Shown here: piece after piece, positions 48,375-62,658 of the stretch | Position numbering within the stretch: the stretch's first letter is position 1 | Layout: the number at the start of each line of letters is the position of its first letter | Assembly (NCBI RefSeq): GCF_036321535.1 | Contig: NC_087459.1 | Span: 31,124,001 to 31,188,000 of the forward strand | Length of the DNA stretch: 64,000 nucleotides | Source: Camelus dromedarius | Taxonomy: Eukaryota | Direction: 5' to 3' | Position numbers and translations under genes: made by a program | The notes under the pieces: generated by a model | Databases searched by the model: none | What the model saw: only the letters and a program-made list of their open reading frames with translations | Told to the model about the DNA's origin: nothing

Positions 48375-49290
48375 GTGCTCATTTATTTATCTACTTGTCA
48401 GCAAATATTTGTTTCATGCTACCTTGTTAGGTGCTTGACTAGGTACTGGATACACAGGAGTTGACAAAACAAATAGCTCAACACTGAAGGGGTTAAAAGA
48501 CCACTGTGGCTTTTAGTAGAAAATACTTTGAAAAGGTCAGTAATAGATTAATTAGGTTATTGTAGGAGTTTAGGTGAAAGTTGATGGTAGCTTGGACTGG
48601 AGTTATGAGGGAGCAGGTAGAGAGAAATGGATGAATCCCAAATACATTCTGGAGGTAGACTCAACAGTAATTGTAAATGAAGTAGATGTTGAAGATGAGA
48701 AAGAGGGAGGTGTCAAGAATGACTCTCAGGTTTATGATATAAGCAGTTGGATAGATGGAGATGCCATTTACCAAAATGGTGACTTCCAGGAGAGAAACAA
48801 ATTATGGAAGGAAGAGTAAGGGTTCTCTTTAGACTGTGTTAAGTTTGAGACATCCAAATGGAGGTGGCAGATAGGAAGTCAGATGAAATGGATCTGGAGC
48901 CCAGAAGAGTCTGTTTTAAAAATTTACACTAGACTGTAAATAGGTGATATTTAAAGCTGTAAAAATTGATAGATTACCCAGAAGTTAGTATACATACAAT
49001 GAGAAGAATTAAGAGCTTGATGTAGAAACTGGAAGAACTCCAACTTTAGAGGCAAAGTAATGAAGGAACAGGTTAGACTGAGGGGAGGCCAGAGATGGAC
49101 AAGACAACACAGCATGGTGCTGTGGAGGCCAACGTGAGGCTACTGTAGGTCAAGAAAGGTGTAGACCACTGGGTCCATTGGATTGAACAACACGGAGGTC
49201 ACCAAAGACCTTACTGATAGCTGTGCTGCTGGAATGTAAGCATGCACATCATATTGAAATAGGTTGAGAAACTGGTACTTGTGTTTCTGG
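48375..49290 (-). mobile_element. L2 element
   Basis: gatggtagcttggact...gtgtcaagaatgactctcaggttt...gttaagtttgagacatcc. Confidence 0.8.
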
Positions 49291-49389
49291 CAATACATGG
49301 GATTAATTATCCTGGAAAATCTTTCTATGTAAAGTACCTGGAAGTGCTGGCTGAAATATAACAATTCTCCATTTAGATGCATAGCTGAG

Positions 49390-50835
49390 TACACCTCAAA
49401 ATAAAGTAATCCCTAGAGGTGAAAATAAACAAAACGAGGTACCTTGAAACCTTAGAATTTTAGCTGATTATGAAGTTATAATTGCCTTGGAGGCATTTAC
49501 CAGTCTTTGTAACCAAGAAACATGTCTAATAGCTGTCTGAAAAAGAGACATAGGGTCTTGGCACCTTAAGAAGTAGGGAGTTGGAACTGAGACCCTCAAA
49601 TATATTTGGAAACCGTAAGAAGTGACACATTGAATGAAAAGATAGAATAGGAAGAATCTGCTTCCTGGTAGAAAGGAAAGACAGAGTTCTCTTTCTCCAC
49701 CTGGGCTCTGGGTGAGGAAAACTAAATACTCTCCCCTAGAATTGAAAACCACTCTTGTCTCTTGTGTTTGAGGTTCAGAATTTCACTACTTAGGTGATCT
49801 GGATAGTCCCTGGATAAGAAATTCTAGTGTACAAAATTTGATGTGTACAAGGATATCAGACAGAAAGAAAGTAAATCCTCTTTGGAAGGCCCTGCCAGAA
49901 ATGAGCTCACAATCCAAAATTACAAAACAGGTGAAGTGGTGCCACTGGAAATGAGTCAGTGGAAACAAACTGTAGAATCAGATTCCCAAGAATTCAGGAA
50001 TTGGAACCATTATTGCAGAATACTAAGTATGTTTAAAATGTTTAATGAAATAAAAGGTAGAAAACAGGAAAGAACAGAATGTCACCCCTAAGGGAAGGGA
50101 AGATTGGAAAAGAACAAGATAATGCTTTTAGTAATAAAAATGCAAGTTTGTGAATGGACTCTTCAGTGATGGCTTAACAGCTGACTAAATACAACTGAAG
50201 AGAGAATTAAAGAACCGAGATAGATCTGAAATTGCGCAGAAAGAAACGTGGGCTAAGAGATCGGGGAACAGAATGAGGTCTGTCACCTGCCCACGTGGAG
50301 AAGATCAAGAGGATAGAGGGGAACATATTACAAGGACGTGCCCGAGAGACTCTCCTGGAGGACGTGATATGAAAAGCACGAATCTTGCTATTCAGGAATC
50401 ACCGTGTTTCCTGGGTAAGATCAACAGAAAGTTGACCCCTTGACGCCTAGCGGCGGAACTGCTGCAGGACACTGAGGACCGAGACGTTTTCAGCTGCCGA
50501 AGAGACAAGACGGCCGAGCAGCAGGCTGGCCCAGCTGCAGGCTTCCTGGCGGGAGCCGCAGGAGCCAGGAGTCAGCAGGGAGGACTTCCGCGCTGGAGGG
50601 GATGGGGCTGTGAGCTGGGGCTGGGGCCTCGCCCACCCACCACCCGGGTCCCGGGCCACGGGGACCACCACAGGAGCTGCGTCCCACCCTCAGACCTCCA
50701 CCGTGAAGTCGATTTCCAAGGCACGGGCCCGAGGGCGAAGGCCACCGAAGATGCCACGGGAGAGGAAGTAGCCCTGAGGTATAGGGAATGGCGAGCAAGG
50801 AGACAGACGGTAGGTCAGGGTAAGCGTGTAAAACC
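49390..50835 (+). mobile_element. Ancient L1M 5'/ORF1 remnant, increasingly GC-rich toward PAPOLB
   Basis: acaactgaagagagaattaaagaacc..., ttcaggaatc..., ttttcagctgccgaagagacaagac resemble L1 ORF1 text. Confidence 0.55.
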
Positions 50836-51032
50836 GTGATAACCGGAGGCGCACCCCGGCCCGCCCCCACTGGCCCGGCGCCGTGGCGGAGCCCCGGAAA
50901 CTACAGCCCCCAGGAGGCTCTGCGCGCGCGCATGCGCTCTAGCGTGCGTGGCTCGCGTGGCGCTCGGCGTGCGTGGCGCGCGGCGTGGCGTGCGTGGGCG
51001 TTCTAGAACGCCGCGGCGAGGGCCCGGGCGCC

Positions 51033-51068
51033 ATGTTGGGGCCGAGGGGACGGCGGAGAGGCGCTTGA
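51033..51068 (+). promoter_or_regulatory. uORF1 in the PAPOLB leader (MLGPRGRRRGA*)
   Basis: gcgccATGt at 51033, TGA at 51066-51068; read directly from the sequence. Confidence 0.7.
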
Positions 51069-53138
<2,070 letters not shown>

Positions 53139-55400
53139 AGGACGCTTGAGCGTCCAAAGAAGAAAGGACCAAGGACAGAAGGGGAACATTCTCGTCAAGA
53201 CACAAATACAACTCAGTTAGAAACTGTTCAGACAGCAGCTTCTCTGTTGGCTTCACGGGAAACATCCAGTGCAGACCTTTCCAGTATCCCTGCTCTCCCT
53301 GCAAATCCTATTCCTGTTACCAAGAATTCAATAAAACAGATTGAACTGGTAAAAACAACTGCAAGGGTCCATAAACAGTTGTATCTGCCAACTCAGCCTG
53401 TCGTCTTCAAATGCTGAAGGAGGAGGATGAAGGGGACCAAACTAGACAGGACTCAGAGCAGGCTTGTTAGGCTTACTTGGTGACTTCCTTTATTGGGCTC
53501 ATCTCAGTCAGACGTCCAGGTTGGTGTGTGATGCTAGGCGTAGTATTAATGTGTCAGGTTATTTGTGTGTCAGCCACGGCTGTGTTAACTGTTCTAAAGG
53601 ACTACTGCCCTTTAAGAAGACAAAAAAAAAAAAAAAAAGAAAAACCTTCCGGCTATATTTGTCCCCATGACTGACATCTGGACTGGATTTATGTTGAATG
53701 CATTGTTGGGGAAAGTTTGCAATACAAACTGGTATCGAAATTCCTTATGCTGATGATGCACTTTATGTATATTTTTATTAGGAAGTAGAACTAATTTTAG
53801 ATTTTTCAGCTTGATGAATTTGAGTTTTTTCCTGAAGAGTTTTTGTTGTTACTGACCTTCAAATTGGTTACCATTGTGCAGAAAAAGCATAAAGTATGTC
53901 CAGCTCAGTCCCTGTGAGGTAGCTGAACCCCTGTAAAATGAAATGTCAGCTCTTAAGGTATACTTTTGGCATTGAAACAGGAGTTATTAAGTGTTTGGGT
54001 TTGACGGGACATGATCAAGAAGGGATATGTTGGTTTTATCTGTGGAATTGTTTCGGAGTGCATACAGTCGGCTGTCAAGCAGCAGATACTGTCTTGAGCT
54101 GACAAAGCTCCACATTCTCTTGTCCTTAATCATTTGTCCTAAAACAAGAAGAGCTTTTTGTCTCCCCCCTGCCCCCGCCCCGCCGCCTTCTCTTTGCTTG
54201 TGTGCACAAGGTGTGCTTGTGTGTTGTTTCGTGAAAAGCTCAGAATGCTAGTATTTTCTTAACCATGATGTGAAGCCAACAATCCTGTGGCCACAGGACG
54301 CAAAACCTACATTTTGGTTCCATGGCTGTTAGCTTAGTAAAGCTTTACTAAAAGTAGTTCCTGTGAAGCATGTTACCATCTTGGATGGCCATTTGATCTC
54401 TGCCAGAGATTTGTATCCTCCACGGAATACCTGCTTATAGTAAAGTTAATTTCTAATTTAAGTGTGTAAGCAAAAAGGCATTTTCTCTAGAATTTTAAAT
54501 CAGTTTTGTTTTTAAATGACTTACTGAAATTCATCAGTAAAATTGATATGTACAAACTTAAAAAAAATTTCTAGCAAGTACTTGACTTCTAGTCAGCATT
54601 CTGACTCTTGTTTTATCCTACGAAAGATTAGGAATACCTTTCTTTAAATGGGAAAAAAAAAAAGACTGCTCATAATTAAGCAGCAGAGCATTTGTGTTTA
54701 GAAACACGAGTGATGGCAGTTGTAGATGAATGGAAACTTCGTCTGTCTTAATCTGGACACAGCAAACTTGACAGGTCTTCCAATTAGCCTGGTTCCAGTT
54801 CCTCCCACTCCCCAGCGGTGTTCCTTTCTACCACACGTGCATTTTTCATGTTAGACTGCAAGTTCTTGAGCCCTTTCCCTATCCTTTTGAATAATTTTCC
54901 CAAAGCTGGAATCTAGTCTTTTTTCTTGTAGGCTGTGCAGTAAGTGAGACTTTGTGTCGCCGTTGCTCTCCAACGTCTGGTACACAGTGCTCCTGCTGCT
55001 GGCATCTGTGCCCATGCAGTCACCTAACCCTTGCACCACAATAAAATCGGGTGGAGTGTGTGCAGTCCCTGTGTATTTTGAGTAACTATTGTGTCATTGA
55101 AATTGCCAGGTGCAAATTTAGTCTTGTCATTTTGTTCAGACGTTGGGGAAAAATTAGTTTATTAAATGTTTCGTGTAACTGTACTTGTTTTGCCAAGCTG
55201 GAAAGTTGGAGCTTTTTAAATTCTAGTTTTCATTACCTGAATATCAGACTATTTTTTTCATATGGTGTGTGTAGTGTCTCATGACTGGAGTTTGCCTTGT
55301 TTTATAGTATCTGTATTCCTTGTATTTTTCAAGCACTATTTTGAAAACAGATGATGTATTTCTCCATTAAAAAACACAATAAAAATAAACAAGAAAGAAG
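53139..55400 (+). other. PAPOLB: PAPOLB 3'UTR (retrocopied PAPOLA C-terminal coding sequence plus 3'UTR)
   Basis: AT-rich, essentially repeat-free, collinear with my recollection of the PAPOLA 3' end; ends in poly(A) signals and an A-rich tail remnant. Confidence 0.8.
55366..55389 (+). terminator. Distal poly(A) signal cluster of PAPOLB (ATTAAA 55366, AATAAA 55378 and 55384)
   Basis: Three hexamers at the end of the PAPOLA-like UTR, followed by an A-rich stretch to about 55405. Confidence 0.8.
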
Positions 55401-55409
55401 CAAGCAGAG

Positions 55410-57700
55410 GGCTTTAAATCTGATGTTAACAGTTCAGATGTTCTTACGTTGTTTCAGGAGCTTTAAAGACACTGATGAACTTTTTTGACTTTTTTCAGAT
55501 TCTAAAATTCATGTTATAATATTAGGAAAAAACATTAAAAGATTGTAACTTTATATCAATAATGGTAAAAATAGAGTTAAAAAAATCTTGATCCAAAAGA
55601 AGGCAGGAAAGAGGTTAGGGGAGGTGGCGGTTGGGGGGAGCCAGGCGGGAAGCAAAGAAAAAATAGCGTAGAAAGAAAATACAGTCTAAGATGGTAGAAA
55701 TGAAACCAAATATATCTGTCACTGTGTATAATAAACGGACCAAACTTCCTGACTAAAAGCAGATTGTCAGGTTCCATGGAAAAACAGTCTAGCTGCGTGC
55801 TGTTTTATTTATGAGAGACACACCCAAAATGTAAGACATTAAAGAATGGAAAAAAGATAGGCTAACGAAAAGCTGCTATAGTAACAATGTCACCCAAACA
55901 TTTCAAAGGAAAAATAATTACTAGGGACAGGAGGGACCGCTGCATTAACGAGAGAAGAAATAATGCACCAGGAAAAGGGAACAATTTGAAACGTTCTGCA
56001 CCTAATAAAATAACCTCAACACAAAATAAAGCAGAGATGAACAGAAATTGCCTGAAGTGTCATTGTCATGGAAGATTTTTAAAGAACTCTTCATTAATCT
56101 CAAGCAGGCAAAAACACAGAAGGGAAAGTTTTGAACACAGCAGCAGTGGTTGGCGGACTTCTTCTCTGCAGGGCTGGATAGGAAGTATTTTCAGCTTTGT
56201 GAGGCTGTGTGGTGTCCCCCTCAGCTGCTGGACTCTGCCTCTGGGGGGTGGAAGCGGCCCTGGACAATATGTGAACGGGTCCCCCATCCCCTTACCCAGT
56301 GCCTGTCGTCCCTGATCTGTTGGATGTTTGTTATAGAACCTTCCTCTCGACAATTAGAAAATGCATGTTATTCTCAGTTAAGCACTGGGCACATACAAAA
56401 ATTAACCTCATACTAGATCAGAAAGTAAGACAACATACTTCAAATGATCTGAGTCACAGAACGTGTTCTCTTGAGTATAGGTGGTTAGAAATGAATAACC
56501 AATGGCCTAGTGGACCACTTCCTGAAGAAGATGCAGAAAAGCTCAAACCATGAAGAGGCTGGTGAACTGAATATCTTAATTTTATCAAATAATGAACAGT
56601 GAAAAGAGAAAACAGGCTATAAGCAGGGAGAAGATTTCATAACACATAAAACCGACGAAGGATGTATTAAGGATGAAAAAAGAAAGTCTATTTGAAAAGA
56701 TCAAACAACCCAATGAACTGGTGAAGAGGGGCTCAGGTGCTTCATGGAAGAGGAGCCAGGAACGGACGAGGTGTGGGAAGATGCTCAGCCACGTTAGTAG
56801 TGAGGAAGATAGGAATTAAGACCACAGAGCTATTTTTCACAAGAGTAAAGCCAAACAGTGCGGGGTCTGGCAGGCAGGCGGAGCGGTGGGGGTGCGGGTT
56901 CGGTCCCGGAGCCTGCAGGTGGTTCTGCGCCTCTGGGCCCCGGCTGGCCTGGAGGGTGGCCGCCGTGCCGCGGCCTGGGCCCCACCAGCTTACCCACAGG
57001 TCGCCGCCCGTGTGCGGTGCGGCCCTGGGGCTCTTCATCCGACCAGCGCCTTTGTCCCCCGAGGTGGCCAGAGGCTGGGCGCCACCTCTGCAGCCGTGTT
57101 TACCTGCAGCGGGCCAGGCGGTTGTCATCCTTTTCCACGTGCGCCACAGTGTCAGAAAGTCGGGAGGCAATTTCCCCGAGACTCTGTCCCACAGGTCCCC
57201 GGGAGACCAGAACAGGAGTGTTTGTAGCTGCATTTTGTCACAGCCTGAAGCTCGAAATAACCCACGTACCCGTAAAAGGGAGTGATGGTAGTGGGGTGTC
57301 CATGCAGTAAGCGAGCGACGCTGTGTGGTTAAATGAGAAGAAGCTGCCTGCATCAGCGTAGGTGCGACTCGTAGTGTTGGGGAAAAGGAAAATTGCAGAA
57401 AAATGCAGTGTGGCACAATCTATATGAAGTTAAAAAAAAAAAAAAAAGCAAAATAGGGCAATGTAACTTAGGGTTATAAAACTGTGTGGTCTATCTATCA
57501 ATGAAGACCAAGGGTTGTGAAACGGTCCAGACTCCACTTCCCTTGGGTGGGGTGAGGGTGGGGAGAGGGGTCAGGTGCCTGCAAGAACACAGACTGTAGG
57601 TCAGTGATCCCTGTGATGGAGGAAATGGTGTGCATTTTATTGTTAGTCTAAGTCATAAATGCTTTCGTGTGTGAAATATTTTATAATCAAGAAACCAATA
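55410..57700 (+). mobile_element. Ancient L1M inter-ORF, ORF2 and 3' remnants
   Basis: aaccaaatatatctgtcact...aaaagcagattgtcag... resembles the ORF2 endonuclease start; 3'-end-like text at 57400-57700. Confidence 0.65.
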
Positions 57701-58489
57701 CCAAAGTGATATTTCAAAAACCTCTTCAGCAGGTAGGAATTGCATTTGGCCAGACAGCAACGAGTGAGCCCAGAGCAGGCTGATTTTCTTCCTTGGTACA
57801 GAGGTGCTAAGTTCAGGGCTGATGGGCAGCGTTCCTGGTCCCCAGGGACCCGGGCTTCTACCACTGTCAGCCCCACCCTTGTCGTTCATGCCTTCCATCG
57901 TCAAGGTCGCCTCAAGGTGCAGGATGACTGTGGGGTCACTGCCATCAAATCTTTATTTAAGGCAGGAAGAAGGAAGGAAGAGGGGGAAGGGAGAAGGTGT
58001 CCCCGCAGACTATGTCCTCCTTCCATGGAGCTCTCCTGGAAGCCCCTGGAGGTCCTGGAAGATGACATCCCCTCCTCTTTTGCTGACTGGAACTTAGTCA
58101 CAAGGCTGTGCCTACCTTCAGGGGAGCCCAGAAAATGTAGTTTGCATTTGAGGATGAACTGCCATTCTTCCTCACCATCCTGCTGTAGCTAAAAGGGAGA
58201 GGAGATGTTGAAAGACAAGAGCAGTGTCTTACACAGCATGCGTACACTTAGACGTTCAGACACTTCCAAAGGGGTCCGGCATCCAAAAAGGGGCTTTCAT
58301 GTGGGTTAGAACTGGAGAGTAATGAAAACGCAGCTTGTGGGATGTGGCTACTGTGGTATTTAGGAGAGCAGGGAAGGTCGTAGCTTTAAGTGCTTCCACT
58401 AGAAAATGATAAAGGCTGGAAATTGATAAGCTACGTTAAAAAAGGGTATAATACATTCAGCGAGAGAAGGGAGGAAGTAACGTGGGGGA

Positions 58490-59090
58490 GAAAGTCGAGA
58501 CAGAAAATGAACATGCAGTGGAGAATATCAACAAAGTGAAGGCTCTTTGAAAAGACTAGTAATGTAGTCACAACTGGAGAGACTGGCCAGGAAAGCACAA
58601 GGGGGCCACGTGAGCCGTCTTAGGGATTTCAAAAGGGACAGCGCTACAGACAGCAGAGAGGTTTTTCAAAAAAGGATCTTATAGATAGCTTTATGCCAGT
58701 ACCTTTGAAAACTTAGATGAAGTGGACAACCTCCTAGAGAAAGATACCTCACCCAAACTCGCCGAAGAACAGAAAACCCGAATGGCCTTACAGCCTTGAG
58801 AGAAGTTGCGTGAGTGGTTTGAAAATGTCCCCCCTAGAACCACAGTAAAACCACAAAAACCAGAGGGCCCCGGAGGTTGTGCAGGCCAGTTCTTCCTGAT
58901 GCTCAGTGGCAAGATCACTCCAATATGTTACGTTAGACTGTTCCAGAAAACAGAAGAAGAAGAAACATGCAACAGATACAGCCTTCATATCAAAACCAGG
59001 GAAGGGGGGCAGGTAAAGAAACGTTGTGAGCCAAATTCACTTCGGAGTGTGGGTATAAAAACCAAACCCAAACCGGAACCGTGTCTGAGA
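58490..59090 (+). mobile_element. L1 ORF2 remnant
   Basis: Translates locally to STFENLDEVDNLLEKDTSPKL, similar to L1 ORF2 (FENLDEMDKFLEKY); frame is broken. Confidence 0.75.
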
Positions 59091-62000
59091 AACGTCATGG
59101 CCAAGCTTGATGCACCTCTGGGGTTCTAAGATGATTTACCTCTTGAAACACTGGCGCTGGCTGTTGGCCGCAGGCCTCGGGCTCTCTCCTCAGGGCGGAC
59201 CGAGCGTCCTTACGAAGGGTGCCGGCCTGGCCGTGGCACACCGTCCGGGAGCAGGGCAGCAGCCGGTGTCTTTCCTGACCTAGCGTGGAAGTCACTCACC
59301 GCCACTTCCGAGGCATGCTGGTGGCTAAGCAGGCTCTGTTCGCCGTGGGGCAGGCCGCAGAAGGGTCTGAGAAGCGGGGGATCGCTGGGGCCCCCTGGAG
59401 TTGGACGTCCTGCCTGGCCAACAGGAAGGACGGGCCCGCAGGAACGCGCCGCAGTGGGCTTACCGCACAGCGGGGGGGGGGGGGGAACGGGCTCCCCGTG
59501 GCAAGTGCGCGTCATCCGCTGACACGCTGCCCGGTACAGAAGCAGGCTGGGCAAGGACATTTGTCGTCTGAGACCATTTCATTAGTTTTTAAAGAATTGC
59601 AAGCTGAAATATATTTTTCAGAGATACTAAATCTGTATGTATACACTATCTTAGCCATACCCAGTACATGATAAAAAATAAATTCATATGTAGAAGTATG
59701 CCCCAGATCAGCATAGCGGCTGTTCCTGGGCAGGAGGGGAAGTGCCCATCCGTGTCTAGGATGCTCTTTCTTCCGGCTGCAAGGGGCACGTTCATGCTCG
59801 GTATTTTGTTCCTTGAACCCTTTTGGACACCACGGTGTCTCCTAGTTACCCAGCAGGGCGAGTAGGGGAGGGGAGCAGGGAGCCTGTGCACAGACAGCTT
59901 GTCCCCAAAGCTGGGCTGATGGGGGGACTGCAGGAGGGGCCTGGGCTCAGGCGGGGCTGGGGATGCCTGCCCGCGGCGGGGCTGGCTGTCACCCTTTCCT
60001 GGTCGTACAGGTAATGTCTGCTCATCTTACAGAATTTGAGCCACACGTAAAAAATGTGGAGAAGAAGGGTCGCTGAAACCCCAGCTCGCGTTAGATCACC
60101 AGGAACCGTTTCGGGGAAACACAGGTGCGAACAGTTTCGCAAACAGCGGTAGAAGCTGATGCCTGAGCGACGTCCACTGGACCCAGAAGCGGTTCACGAG
60201 CTGCGGCCAGAGGGAATCACTTTTAACATTCTGGTGCTTTCACTCCTTTCTTAGGGCTGCATTTATTTTCTTACATAATTTAAATCAACCTTTGTACATA
60301 CTTTTACATCCTTTTTCTTTTAGTGTTCTTACTTGCGCACCCTGCAAACATCGTATTTAACGACAGTGGATGGGTGTGTGCCCAGCCACATCCGTGTGGA
60401 TTTTCAGAATGGTTCCCACTTCTCTCTGTTTACAAATAATGCTTGTATAAACGTCTCTGTACAGAAGTGTTTGAGCCCTTCGGGTGACCTCTGTAGGATA
60501 ACAGCTGAGCAGTGGGATCCTCTGCGGAAAGCAGGGGCCGTTTTGGATATAGACGCATCCGTGTCTGATGTGATGTACGTGGCAGCATCCCAGAAGCCAT
60601 CTTTAAATTTTGGGGGTGGATCCGTGCCAGTTTATATTCCCACCGGCTGTTTCCGAAAGGGCCCATCTTTCCTCGTCTTCGCTGTCTTACGAGTTCATCA
60701 CTTAAAGGTCTTTGCTGATTCGGCAGGGAAGGCGCGCCTCACTGTTTTAGATTGCGTCTCCTTTGCTGTTTGTGAGTTGGAGCAGTGTTTAGGATGCCGG
60801 TGAGCCGTCTCTGCTTCTGTCCCCGCCTCTCCGCCATCCTCGTCTTCACTTGGAAATACTTCAAGCACGCGAGGAGTAGATATGTAAGGATGATAATGTG
60901 GTGTATGATCTGTGTGCCTGGGACCCAGCTTGAGAAGTAAGACGCTATGGATGGAGTGTGGGGTGTGTGGTCCCCTGGGACCTGGCTCTCCTCCTGGCAC
61001 CTGGAGAGGAAGCCTGGGGAGCTGAGGGCGTCTGCATTTTGCCTGCACTTGAAGCCCTGGGCCGTAGCAAGAAGGCTGCTAGTTGGCAGCTCCCTGGGTG
61101 GGGGACAAGGAGATGTGTGTGGGGACAGTCCGGGCAGAAGAGGAGCTGTGGGAGGGCCGCAGACCCTGGGGACAGCGCGAGACTAGCTGGGAGGGAGACT
61201 CACCACCTCTGGCAGCATCGAATTTCAGAGCAGCTGGTGTAGGTGGGGTCCTTGTTGCTGGTGGGAACTCAGGAGCCACCTCAGCCTCTGGCCACTTCCA
61301 GGAGGCAGGATGGGCGTGTGGGGGTGAGGCTGTGGTCGGTGTGTAGCTGTGGAGGTGCCCGGGTGCAGGGAGGGCATCTGAGCCGCCCGCTTGGCTCAGT
61401 GAGTCGTCACCAGGTGGGCTGCTGACCTGTGCTGTGCCGGGGCCGCCCCCTCCCTTCCCGTCAGAGGGAACCGCCGTCCTGACTTTGGAGTGACTGTGCT
61501 CTCGGCTTTCTGTGTCGTGTTAGCGCCTATGTGCTCATCCTCCAGTGGTTTTGAGCTATGTGACTGGATTTGTATTTCCTTTGTGTCCTGCTGTCTCTCG
61601 TCATGCCCGGGAGACTCAGCCACGTGCTGCTTGGAGCTGTCTGGCCTCCCTTCGACCTCTTTGGGTGGCCCAGCACCGAGGAGTGCAGTGCCTCTGGTCT
61701 CTTGCACCTGGGCCTGGGGTCTGGCCGCCGGCAGCGAGGGGAGGCCGATGCCTGGGCGCTGAGTTTGCGTGTTTCTGCTTCACCTGAAGGGGCCACCCAG
61801 GTTTCTAGTTTGCAGCTCCGCCGGCGATGCCAAGCGCCTGGGCAGCTCTTCTGCGTAATTTTCTACTGTTTAGTCTTTTTCTTATTGATTTGTGAGAGTC
61901 CTGTATTCTAGATTCTAGTCCTTTTGTTTCTGTTTTTGTTTTTGTTTCAGATTCTAGGCTTTTATCAGTGATATGTGAGTTAGCTTTCTGAACTCTGTTT

Positions 62001-62299
62001 ATAGTGGCTTTGTCAGTTCTCTTCTTTATGGTTAATGCTTTTGACTCTTTTGCTTTTGTCTTGCACAAGAAGTCCTCCCCTGCCTCCGAGGGCACGGAGA
62101 CACGACCCCGCGTCCCTTCTGAGAGCTGTGTGGCTTTGCCTTTCCCATTAGGGTCTTTAAAGCTTGATTTTTAAAATGGAAGTAAAATTCATACAGCATA
62201 AAATTTTTAAGTGTATGATCCAGTGGCATTTAGTACATGACCATTTCATTTTGGTCTTTTACTCTGTCAACACGGTGTATTACAGTGATTGACTTTTTA

Positions 62300-62658
62300 A
62301 TATAATTTTGAAAGTTGAAGTGTAGTTGATTTACAGTGTTAGTTCCAGGTGTACAGCAAAGCAATTCAGTTACACATATACATACATATGTATCTTTTTC
62401 TTTTCATATTCTTCTCTATTATATGTTATTACAAGAAATTGCATATAGTTCCCTGTGCTGCATAGTAAGTCCCTGTTGCTTATCTGTTTTATATATAATA
62501 ATGTGTATTCTTAATCCCAAACTCCTAATTTATTCCTCCCCCACCCTTTCCTATTTGGTAACCATAGTTTGTTTTCTATGACCATGAGTCTGTTTTGGTT
62601 TGTAAATACAGTTTGTATCATTTTTTTAGATTCCACATGTAAGTGATGTCATATGAAC
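62300..62658 (-). mobile_element. Cetartiodactyl L1 3' end (older L1 fragments at about 60190-60780, 62660-63250, 63470-64000)
   Basis: ttgaagtgtagttgatttac...gttccctgtgctg...aatcccaaactcctaattta...gattccacatgtaagtgat. Confidence 0.85.

Noticed and set aside
56742-57416. 150-224 aa ORFs on both strands
   Set aside because: Within GC-shifted L1 remnant sequence.
58690-58800. Functional L1 ORF2
   Set aside because: Only a short recognisable peptide; surrounding frames are broken.
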